This document shows positions 42,018 through 53,823 of a DNA stretch of 64,000 bases, one piece after another. The notes under the pieces are model-generated. The model saw only the letters and a list, made by a program, of their open reading frames with translations. It searched no databases and had not been told where the DNA came from. Source of the stretch: Octopus vulgaris (Eukaryota); assembly GCA_951406725.2 (NCBI GenBank), contig OX597825.1, positions 59,954,001-60,018,000 on the forward strand, in the 5' to 3' direction. The translations under genes and the position numbers were made by a program. Numbering within the stretch: the first letter of the stretch is position 1; each line of letters opens with the position of its first letter.

Positions 42018-44511
42018 TGTAGATCGTTCTAACATAGACAATATAACATCAATTGCAGCCATTTGTTTTATGAAATTTACCAATCAGTTTCGCTTATGAA
42101 TGTTAAGGGACAACCCAATTTCAGCACTTATCAGATAGGCTAGTATGAAGAATATAGTTACGGCTTTCTGCTAATGAGTGTCATGAAGTCTTAGGTCCGG
42201 TTTGTGAGTAATGCCAAACATCGGAACTAATAACTTCGCGGTAGAATTTCAGAGGGAAATGCATTTAGAGTTATTACCCATTGAAGAAAGACCGGACAAT
42301 CGATGGTATATGAAATATCTGTAAGGTCGTTGTGTTGTAGGGGGCATAGAATGTGTATGGGGATATAATAGCTGTCCAATTTTAAAATTGTGTGTACATG
42401 TGTGTGTGTGTGAGTGTATGTGTTTGTATATAAGTTGGGCGTGGCAAACCTTGTGCTGAAAACTTAAACTGTGGCAGTGAGAAATGAATCCATAATATGA
42501 ATCCATAATACCGTTGGTAATTAAAAGGGTCTATGTGTTGTACTCACCTTCTAAAAGCTGCAGATTACTGTGTGAATAAGTTATCAATCAACTAGCAAGA
42601 CTGTTTAAAGTTTGTATTCTGCCAACGGCATACCAAAATAATATGATTAATAGAATTATCGCTGAATGACATACAACGTAAGCAGTAGTTCAATCAGTTG
42701 TGTCTTGTGAATTTGAAGATCTGAGATTTTGTCTTTCTGTGTCATAGCCGGCAATGATAGAAGAGCTATTAATGTAGCGCTTACAATCAATTTTATCTCT
42801 ACCACCACACAGCTGAATAAACTCTTCGAGAAATGAATTTAATTAAAAAGGAAAAGATATCTTCTTTTCTCTTTTTACATCTTCTGGCCCTTTCTCTCAG
42901 TTTCCTTTGATTTTAGTAACACAATTTTGGTCACACAACATTTCTTGCAATATTTCTCATAACTAAGGCAGAGAGCTGGAAAAACCGTAACCGTGCCGGG
43001 CAAAATGTTTAGCGAAAATAGTCTTTATGTCCGGAGTACAAATGTTGCCGAGGTCGATTTTGCTTTTCATCCTTTCAGACTCGATAAAATAAGTAGCATT
43101 TTAACACTGCTGCCGATCTAATCTATTACCCCATTCTCCAATTGTTATGTCAAAATTTAAAACCAATATTTATTCAAGCTATTTAGATTCTGAGTACAAG
43201 ACAAATTTTGAACAACTACCCATCAAGGACTCCAATTTGTGGGAAAATATCCGGAACATATAGTAAAAACTTATCTACTGAAAATGTACGTTCTGAGTCC
43301 CAGGAAATTACTGTGTGCTTGCTATACTTATCTTGGAAAATCTTATTCGTTAATCATTTGTAGATGACAGTTTTGTCTCTCTATTTGTATCACCGATATT
43401 TCTATCTCTGTTTTAACTTTCTTTTCTTCCTTTTCATCATTACGCCCACTCTCTACCAATTTTACTCAAATCATTTCCACAACTTTCAGGCATTTTGGTT
43501 AATCCTATTGCAAAGAAGTATTTAATAGCAGGTGCCTTGTTCTTGCACCTCATTGTCATGCAATGTTGTTTCCTGCATGTTGCTGTAACGAATCGGTGGC
43601 TAGATGTTGCATATTTTCGTTGTCCACCATATCTTAATGTTTGACAACGTCAATCATCAAAAATTAGATGTAGTGAAGATATGTTCATCGGTACTTCATA
43701 CAAGCGAGGGTTTACTGTGTGATTCACAACTGAAATAGGAAAAGAGGGTGGAAGGCAGTGAATGACGGTGGAGAAGGAAAGCAATGACAGGTGTGGTAGA
43801 AAGTGATGATAAGGGAATAAAAATGGGAAAGGAAGAAACGTTGACATGAAAAATTGAGTAGATAGAATAAAAGAATGAAAGGGAAGAAAAAAAGAAAGGG
43901 CGAGGGAACGGCTACACAGGGGCTGAGGAGGAAGATCACAGAATGAAAAATAAAACTAAAAGGAAGAGAATTAATCAGAGGTACGAGGAGCAACTGCATT
44001 TGGCTGGAGTGAGGGAAACAATGTAAATACATATATACATTCATACATGCATACACACATACGTACATACATACATACATACATACATACATACATACGC
44101 ACACACACACAAAAACACACACACATATATATATATATAAGCATAGGATAAAGAAGAAAACAAAACAGGAGTTCGAAATTTTACTTCAAAAAATGGGAAA
44201 AAACAACAAGCAAGGAAGAATGTGAAGGAGGAAAAATTGGAAGACCAGGAAAGAGACGAGGATAAGTATGCGAGAGGAAATAGAGCAGGAGGTCGTATGG
44301 GTTGCCATAGTGTGTGACAAACGAAGTGGGAATGGTAATGGATGACACATGTGACGTTAGTAGAGAAGAAATACAAAAGTGAAATAAAGAAATAAAGCAC
44401 AAAGAAGCCAATAAAAAGCTGAAAAGAAAAAAATGAAGTGCAAAAAGCAAAAAGCAAAAACACAACCGTATGTGTGCATGTATGTGTGTATGCGCGTCGT
44501 TCTTCCCTTGT

Positions 44512-44597
<86 letters not shown>

Positions 44598-45896
44598 CAT
44601 ATATATGTATATATATGTATATTTATATATTATATGTATATATATATACATGTATGTATATATAATTATATATATATATACACATATATATATAAATGCG
44701 TATATGTATATATATATATATGCATATTCATATATATAGTTATATGTATAGACGGATGTACATACACACACAGACTCTCTCTCCCTCTCTCTCGCACACA
44801 CACACACACACACACACATGTAAAGTGACAGAACATCCCCGTCACCTGACACACATCCCTTTGTACGTCTACTTACTACTTCAGTAAAGCCAGAGATGAA
44901 AGTGATGCTTCTCCATTATCTGTCAAGACTTAATTATCATTTCAGAAAGACATGATAATTACGCCTTGACAGATAATGGAGAAGTTGATTCTGTGTGTGT
45001 TGTTGTTGTTTTCATTATGGTGACAACAACAACAACAACAACAACAGTGGCAATAACAAAATGGATGACAAAGGTGGAGAAGACGGTAATAATTGTGGAG
45101 GTGGTAGTGATGGTACTGCTGCTACCGATGATGACGGTGATGTCAAGGGCGTTGATGATGAGACGATGAAGAAGACAATCGTGATGACGACGACAACGAC
45201 GACAAGAGTGATGAGGATGATGATGATGATGATGTATAGGATGGTTGATGATGACGACTACCATGATGAAAATGATGACGAGGACGACAACGAACAAGAC
45301 AACGATGACGATGAAAATAGTACAGACGATGGTGGTGTTGGCATTGGTGTTAGGGTGATTATAACGGCTATGCATCATTCTGGTATGGCAATGTTGCCAG
45401 AAATGAATTTGTTGACGAATATTTATGTCGCTGTTGTACATGACTACGTATTACAAGCCAAGCTATGTTCCAGGAAGCTTTTAATCACCGTAACCTCTGC
45501 CAAAGCTGTACATTATAACTAATTAAGAGCACTTCACCGAAACACTACACGGTCACACCTCATAATATTGTCACAATTCACTTCAGTTTCAGCCAAAAAT
45601 TCAAATTAGAAATTCGTAGTTTTTTTTTTTTTTTCATTCATTTAACATTTTTTCTTCAATTTAAACAACAGAAGCAACCGAACTACGAACAGCTGGTGAC
45701 ACACAGACATATACATAGAGACAACTATAACTATACTCACACATTCATTTCATACACGTTTATGTTGGAAAGTGTTCCACAATAATTCATTCAATTTCCT
45801 AACGTGAATATAAAAGCACGGTTGTATAAATACACACACGCCACTCCCACACCCTAGCACATGCACGCACACACGTGTGTGTATAATATATATGTG

Positions 45897-45965
<69 letters not shown>

Positions 45966-46023
45966 CATATATATATATATCCATGTATATATACATAGAT
46001 ATATATATACATATATATATATG

Positions 46024-46054
<31 letters not shown>

Positions 46055-46895
46055 CATACATTGACGGATAGATATATTAGTAATGCTGAAAAACATGATT
46101 GTGTACGCTTCAAACGGAAGTTCAAAATGATGGTGAAAGTCGTCTACAGGTGGAAAGGACAAAATCTAGCCAATGATGAAACCATTGCAACATCCAGCTT
46201 ACTTTCCAGCATATTAATTCGGTAATAGGAAATAGGGTTGGTACATTTCATCTGGAAATTGCTACTGACCTCACAAAATAAAGGAAAAACAAGTGTTGAT
46301 GAGTAAAAAAAAATAAAAAAACACGGGACGTTTAAAAATATCATGAGAAGAAACAGAGAAGAGCCACACAATGACTGATTCAAAAATCAAGACCTGTTCC
46401 CATCCAGGACCATCAAATTCCCCTTTGGTCCCAAGAATATGGCCCTTATCTTGAGATTCGTGATCCTGATCTTTCCGGAACAACATCGCAGTTCCATAGC
46501 CCCACCATTCCCAGTTGACATTAAGGTAAGTAAATCTAGTATTCAGCTAAATTGGGTATGAAAGTTTATCAATTGAAAAGTCTCAACTAACTTATAGCCA
46601 CAACATCTAAATTTAGTGAACTGTGGTCATTCAGTAGGTGGCTCTGTTTCCAAGGGGACCGCAGACTGCATACATTTATACTATCTGTTCTGAGTAAGGC
46701 CGTACATATCATTGAAAACGGTAATGAATAGAATAGCTTACCCTATTTCAGTGTTCTAACTTCTGGATATTTGTGGATGTCTCCACAAATATTTCTTTGC
46801 AGAGTCTTTTGTTTATACTCTCACAGAAATCTCCCATTCGTTTGAGATATTTTGCTTTCAGTTTGTCGTAAAACTGTTATCTAGCTTTTTAAACT

Positions 46896-47086
46896 CAGGG
46901 GGTCTCCAAAGTGGTCGATATCGATCCCCAGGGGTGGAGGTCGATGCAACTATTGAATGGGTCAATAAATGCACATCTACTTAATTATCATTATTATTTA
47001 TTTAATTTCGTGTACATTCCTGGTGGTCAGTGAAAGCTCCAGGATTCTATGAAGGGTCGATGTTCTAAAAAGTTTGGAGACCTCTG
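46896..47086. mobile_element. hAT (Charlie-like) MITE
   Basis: TIRs CAGGGGGTCTCCAAA / TTTGGAGACCTCTG, 191 bp long; the TSD is not preserved. Confidence 0.7.
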
Positions 47087-47517
47087 ACTTAACATAACGT
47101 CTGTGACTTTTAGAATATATTTTAAGTTGTTGTTTGTGCCGATGGCCGTCTAACTGATGGTATCTTGACAGTGGTCTTCATATTGTTGGTCTGGATTGCT
47201 ATGTTTTCATATGTGAGGTCTTTGTAATGTTGGTGGTATTTGTAATAATGGAGATGTTTGTAATTTTGCTGGTGTACAGTGTGTGAGTGCGTGATGGTTT
47301 GTTGGTTTTTATCTCTTCTGTAATCACTTCGTTTTCAGTCTCGTGACGCACTTTCTATATAGTAATTTTCCCCCTTATCCTTTCATCAGGATCTATTCTG
47401 TTGGGTTTCGCCCGACGAGTTTTCACAGTCTGAGAAATCTGTGATAGTTGCGCATGCCTAAACTGGAAGATGGTCGACCGGTGTGGGTAAAGCTTCTTTC
47501 AGTTGTTATGATGCAAG

Positions 47518-47901
47518 CGTGGAGGCGCAATGGCCCAGTGGTCAGGGTAGCGGCCTCGCGGTCGTAGGATCGCAGTTTCGATTCCCAGACCAGGCATTGT
47601 GAGTGTTTATTGAGCGAAAACACCTAAAGCTTCACAAGGCTCCTGCAGGGGGTGGTGAACCCTGCTGTACTCTTTCACCACAACTTTCTCTCACTGTTTC
47701 TTCCTGTTTCTGTTGTACCTGTATTTCAAAGGGGCCAGCCTTGTCACACTCTGTGTCACGCTGAATTTCCTCGAGAACTACGTTAAGGGTACACGTTTCT
47801 GTGGAATGCTCTGCAACTTGCACGTTAATTCCACGAGCAAGCTGTTCCGTTGATCGTATCAGCTGGGACCCTCATCGTCGTAACCGACGGAGTGCTCCTA
47901 C
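47518..47901 (+). mobile_element. SINE family A, full length, with a perfect 11-bp TSD
   Basis: TATGATGCAAG at 47507-47517 and again at 47902-47912. Confidence 0.93.
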
Positions 47902-48365
47902 TATGATGCAAGTGATGTTTTTCTTGGGTTTGGTACCGTTGCTTGCTGCTGATATTGCTGAATGGATCTCTCTTTCTGCTCCTTCTATTGATGCTGTTGT
48001 TTCCTATGTTGCTGCACTTGGTATTGACGCTCTTGGTGTAGATGTCCGTGCTGCTCTTACTTTATATGTTGATGTTGTTGTGTTAGATGTGTTTACAATA
48101 ATAAAAGTTTTCTTTTCTTTTTTGCATAGGACAGAAAGCATTCAAGTAGATTATCTCGCCACTAGTGTGACATCTGTACCTTTTGCCATTGACTACAACG
48201 TATAGATGTGTACCACTTGGGAGGTTGATCAGATCAGGGTTGGCTTCGATATTTTTCTTAATTGACCTGTATCAATAGTTCCATTTCCGTGCTCGACCAA
48301 TTTCTCTTTTGTTCGGTGTGCTAAATATTCTATTAGTTTGCCGCTGCAATAATAACAATAATAAC

Positions 48366-48424
<59 letters not shown>

Positions 48425-48429
48425 GTAAT

Positions 48430-48633
48430 ATTTTTTCCACAAGCGCAGCATGGGAGGGGTGGGGATGAGTTGAATATATCGACCCCAGTGTTCAACGGGT
48501 ACTTATTTTATCGAATCCGAAGGATGAATGGCAAAGTCGACCTCAGCGGAATTTGAACTCAGAAGGTAGCAACGGGCGAAATACCGCAAAGCATTTCGTC
48601 CAGCGTGCCAACGATTCTGCCAGGACGCCGCCT
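48430..48633 (-). mobile_element. SINE family C between (AAT)n arrays
   Basis: Reverse complement of the family C consensus. Confidence 0.85.
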
Positions 48634-48647
48634 TAATAATAATAATG

Positions 48648-48731
<84 letters not shown>

Positions 48732-48733
<2 letters not shown>

Positions 48734-49240
48734 CTGATTGGAAGTGTTATCATGTACATTGTTTTGTCTTGGTATAAAAGATGGGCTACAGGAAATATTC
48801 TGCTCAATACCACAGATTTGCTTGTCAGTTGTTTGACCTTAACCAGGTGACCATATCCCTTAGTGGCTGACGATATGTGCATCTCTGATCACGAGCAGAA
48901 GTAGTGGGGGAGCATCATAGCCATGTGTTGAGAGGGATTCTTTGGGGTTTGAATAATTCACCTCTGGAAACATCGGTGTTTCGTTCAACATCCTTAAACA
49001 ACCCTTATTCAGGGACCTTTTGAGCGGGATGGGCTACTCAACCCGAAGAAAATTCTAACTGGGCCCCACCTGCAAGGTCATGTGCTGTTTATCTTGATAT
49101 TAGATCACCATGTCGCGCACATATGGTTGTGATGCATGTGCCTGGTGTACCCTTATCAAACGGGTAGTCATGATGGGTATATTGGGCATCGTATATTTTA
49201 CCCCAGTATCACTTTGATGGCATGAACTGCTCTCTCACTC
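48732..49240 (+). mobile_element. Family D repeat in (AAT)n
   Basis: (AAT)n on both sides; ends CTGCTCTCTCACTC-AATAAT. Confidence 0.88.
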
Positions 49241-49256
49241 AATAATAATAATAATA

Positions 49257-49545
49257 AGGTTGATAAATATGGAGACTTGAGAATTGAGATCGCTAAGATG
49301 TGGCAGCTACGAGAGTAAAACAAATGTTATCCCTATTGTCATCGGAGTATTGAGTTCAATACCACCGTATCTTAAAAAACACATCGGAAAACTTTAGAAA
49401 TACCCAACAATCTAGGTGTATTACAAAACGTTGGCATTACTTGGAACTACACGCATAATGCGTAAAGTTCTGTCTGTCTGACTGTACAAACAGTACAAAT
49501 CCGTGGTGGACACAATATCTATCAGTATACTGTGCGACGTCTATA
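49257..49545 (+). pseudogene. 3' end of an R4/Dong-like RLE LINE in (AAT)n
   Basis: KVDKYGDLRIEIAKMWQL..VIPIVIGVLSSIP..ALLGTTRIMRKVLSV*, then a short UTR and (AAT)n. Confidence 0.82.
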
Positions 49546-49547
49546 AT

Positions 49548-49690
<143 letters not shown>

Positions 49691-49696
49691 TAATTT

Positions 49697-50065
49697 TAAA
49701 TTTTGGCACATAGCAAACAACTTCAGGATAGGAGTAAGTCGATTATATCGACCCCAGTGCTCAACTGGTATTTATTTCATTGACCCCCGAAAGAATGAAA
49801 TGCAAAGTCGACCGCAGCAGAATATGAACACTGAACGTAGCGACGGGCGAAATAATTTCCACTATAGATACAAGGCCTGGAAATTTGGTGGGCAGAGCTT
49901 TGTCGATTACATTTAATTCAGGGCTCAATTGGCATTTAATTTATCGGCCCCGAAAAGAGATTAAAAAGGAAAAGTCAACCTCAGTAGAATTTGAATTCGG
50001 AATCTAAAAACGTTCGAAATGCTGTTAAGAATTTAACACCGCATGTTAACGATCGCGCCAGATTT
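49697..50065 (-). mobile_element. SINE family C, two tandem units
   Basis: Two reverse-complement cores. Confidence 0.75.
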
Positions 50066-50074
50066 CTGACTAAA

Positions 50075-50545
50075 GATGATGATGATGATGAAGAAGAAGA
50101 AGAAGAAGAATAAGAAGAAGAAGAAGAAGAAGAAGAAGGAGGAGGAGGAGGAGGAGGAGGAGGAGAAGAAGAAGAAGAGCAACAAGGAGGAGGAGGAGAA
50201 GAAGAAGAAGAAGAACAAGAAGAACAAGAACAAGAAGAATAAGAAGGAGGGGGAGGAGAAGAAGAAGAACAAGAACAAGGAGGAGGAGGGGGAAAAGAAG
50301 AAGAAGAAGAAGAAGAAGAACAAGGAGAAGAAGAAGAAGAAGAAGAACAACAACAACAACAAGGAGGAGGAGGAGCAGGAGGAGAAGAAGAAGAACAACA
50401 ACAACAAGGAGGAGGAGAAGAAGAAGAAGAAGAACAAGAAGAAGAAAAAGAACAACAACAAGGAGGAAGAGGAGAGAAGAAGAAGAACAACAACAACAAC
50501 AACAATAACAACGACAACAACAGCAGCACCAACAACAACAACAAG
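50075..50545. repeat. Compound GAT/GAA/GAG/AAC triplet repeat
   Basis: Directly visible. Confidence 0.95.
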
Positions 50546-50627
50546 ATTAAAATAATAATAATTAATAAAATCGTTCATTGAAATAAAAAATTAGATTATG
50601 AAAATAACATAATTTAGTGTCTACAGA

Positions 50628-51012
50628 TCTCTCTCTATATAAACGGCAGTTTGTCTGTGCGTGTGTCTGTGTGTCTGTTTTCTCGTACCCTCACTCTGAC
50701 CACGGCTTTCAACCGATTCTGATGAAACTTGACACACACATAGCCCAATGTCATAATTCAAAACTAACGCAGCGAAAATTTTGAAAAGTTCCCCCAGTTC
50801 TGAAAAAAATCGATAAATTCGACATGGGGTCGAGAATTAGAAACCCAAACCACAGACCGTCTAGGGGACGCAACTCTACCTTTTTTAACTCTCAAAAAAA
50901 ATTTACCATCATTTGTTTTCCATTTTTTTGCTATTTTTTGGCTATAACTCTCTAAAAATGCTTTATAGTTATTTCCCTTACAAACCTGAGCAACGCCGGG
51001 CGATACTGCTAG
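50628..51012 (+). mobile_element. Non-autonomous Helitron
   Basis: Inserted at A|TC...CTAG|T. It has a 5' TCTCTCTCTATATAAA start, a GTCT/GTGT tract, the ACCGATTCTGATGAAACTT motif, and a subterminal GC-rich hairpin CCTGAGCAACGCCGGG (50985-51000) 8 nt before CTAG. Confidence 0.82.
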
Positions 51013-51196
51013 TGTATTTATATACAAGAGTGTGCGCGTGTTTGCGTGATTTATACATTGCTGTATTTGCTGTATATTCTGGCCTACTACATTCTTGCGT
51101 GCGTATAAATTACTGTACCTAATATGAGTGCAGGTTGGTTTCTACCTGTTTGTTTAAATTTATATTTCTTTCAGTATGATTACACAAACGCAAGCG

Positions 51197-51248
<52 letters not shown>

Positions 51249-51431
51249 CATACGCACACACACATGCATGTATGTATATATACATGAATGTATTCTATAT
51301 ATATATATGTATATGCACATATGAATCCATGCATGGATGTAAATATGTGTTTGTGTGTGTGTGTGCGCGCGTGATGCGTGCGGGTGGAGGTTCATGTGTG
51401 TATGCATGTGTGTATGCATGTGTGTGTGTGC

Positions 51432-51482
<51 letters not shown>

Positions 51483-51632
51483 CGTGCACCTACACCCGAT
51501 GATAAAATAAACAACCTTTACTCCCGGTAAAAAAAAAGACAAATAGAAAATATAAACAAGCTTATTTAGCTGTTTAATTAGGTATGGCTTTTCTTGGGGT
51601 AGCTGAGGAAATCTTCCATACTTAATAATAAT

Positions 51633-51722
<90 letters not shown>

Positions 51723-51752
51723 CAGAAGAAGAAGAAGAATAACAACAACAAC

Positions 51753-51810
<58 letters not shown>

Positions 51811-52233
51811 TTTGCTTTATTAATAATAATTTCCATACATATTTCTCTCTCTTTTTTGTTATTTTCTCTTGGCTGTAATCCAGTAAGTGTCACTGGTGAT
51901 TAAATTTAGATTACCACTTCCAGACATATGTCTAATTAACTGAGATAACTAATCTTTTACCAAAATACCACTGAAGGCGATTTAATTTCACAGCATTTTA
52001 CAAAAGTTCGGCAAAAATATGTGGACTATAAACCAAGTACAACTGATATATTTTGCGGCTGTTGTGGGCCTTCAAATGAAATTTCTGCCGCCTTGTTGTT
52101 GGTATTGTTGTTGTTGTTTTTTTTGTTGTTGTTGTTGTTGTTGTTGTTCTTCTTCTTCTTCTTCTTCTTCTTCTTCTTCTTCTTCTTCTCCTTCTTCTTC
52201 TACTTCTTCTTCTACTTCTTCTTCTTCGTCTTG

Positions 52234-52320
<87 letters not shown>

Positions 52321-52549
52321 GCCGGGTGAAATGCTTAGCAGCATTTCGCCTGTCTTCACGTTCTAAGTTCAAATTCCACCGAGTTCCTTCGTTCGGAATC
52401 GATAAAATAAGTACCAGTTGACTTATCTCCTCCACCTAAATTGCTGGGCTTGTGCAAAATTTGAGATCATCATGATCATGATCATGATCATCATCTTCAT
52501 CCTCATCATCGTCACTATCATCATGATAATCATCACGATTATTATTATT

Positions 52550-52830
52550 ATTATTTTGGTTTGGCTCTGATTCGGTCTTATTCCTAGTGAGATTTATGTG
52601 GGTACGGGTTACTACATGTAACCTTAGATATCCACAAGTTTTCACCTGTTTTTCAAGTACTTAGAACACTCCTGATAATCCTTGCTGTTTCTAAGAGACA
52701 ATCTTTCTGTAGGGGTTCTTCGGACATTCTGTTCGAACCTCCTTCAGCTATTCATCTATATATTTGCCAACTGTTTCCAACGCACCAAATATTATAGACG
52801 CGACCTTTAATGATCTCATACTCCAAATTC
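52550..52830 (-). pseudogene. 3' end of an R4/Dong-like RLE LINE
   Basis: Reads ..SIIFGALETV..QKDCLLETARIIRSVLST*, followed by a 3'UTR and AAT repeats. Confidence 0.7.
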
Positions 52831-52924
52831 TTCCTATTTCAAATTTTAAGGGATTGTATTTTGTTTTCTTTTTCGCTCTCTTTCTTTACGTCCCAGGAAT
52901 CAAACGGGCATGATGGGTTGAATG

Positions 52925-53140
52925 ACGGAGAACTGGTAGAGTCGTTAAGCACGCTGGACGAAATGCTTAGCGGTATTTCGTCTGTCGCTACGTTCTGCGT
53001 TCAAATTCCACCGAGGTCAACTTTGCCTTTCCTTCTGTGATGGTCGATAAATTAAGTAACAGGGAAATACTGGGTTCCATGTAATCGAGTATTCCTCTCC
53101 CTCGAAATTAGAGGCCTCGTGCCTAGAGTAGGAAGGAATA
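52925..53140 (+). mobile_element. SINE family C (another partial copy at 52320-52465)
   Basis: Matches the family C consensus. Confidence 0.8.
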
Positions 53141-53146
53141 TTGTTG

Positions 53147-53196
<50 letters not shown>

Positions 53197-53198
<2 letters not shown>

Positions 53199-53642
53199 AA
53201 TAAAATATGGTCTGTTGTCTTCTGCTGAACCGGGGTCATCCCTTGACCCTAGAGTCACAGCAGGTTCTCATCTCATGGAGAGTACACGGCGTAAAATGTG
53301 TGCGGAACCTAGCAACACTATTTTCTGAAGTTCTCCCACCTGAACACTGCAAAGGAGTTTGTTGAGCTGCTTAGCAAGGCACTATTTAATTAGCTCCAAG
53401 GTTCCAATCACCAATGGTGCTGTTCTGCTTTTCATTCGCCACATCTTGATCACTTCTGTTTCTAGGTCTTTGTACTTAAATAACGGCTCAACTTCTTTAA
53501 TGGACACATTTCTCTTTGATGGTACTGACACATCTGTCATTAAGCATTTCTTATTCTTTCCATCTTTGATGATTATGTCCGGCTGGTTTGCCTTGATTTC
53601 TTTATCGGTGTTGATTGGCATGTCCCAGAGTACTGTTACATC
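53197..53642 (-). pseudogene. Restriction-like endonuclease domain and 3' end of an R4/Dong-like LINE, between (AAT)n arrays
   Basis: WDMPINTDKEIKANQPDIIIKD..KCLMTDVSVP..KE..KYKDL..MW..PLVIGTL..LQKIVLLGSAHILRRVL, a PD..D..K RLE motif. Confidence 0.88.
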
Positions 53643-53763
53643 ATATTATTATTATCATTATTATAATTATAATTATAATTAAAATAATAATAATAATAAT
53701 AATAATAATAATTTTTATTATTATCATTATTATCATTATTATCATTATTATTATTATTATTAC

Positions 53764-53823
<60 letters not shown>

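Noticed and set aside
44959-45522. 175-aa D/N/T/M-rich ORF
   Set aside because: It is a degenerate GAT/GAC/AAC triplet region that is open in several frames on both strands.
47801-48205. 134-aa hydrophobic ORF
   Set aside because: It starts inside a SINE and continues through low-complexity, probably retroelement-derived antisense sequence.
50718-50730. CTGATGAAAC as a hammerhead
   Set aside because: There is no room for stem II, and it is part of the common Helitron internal motif.
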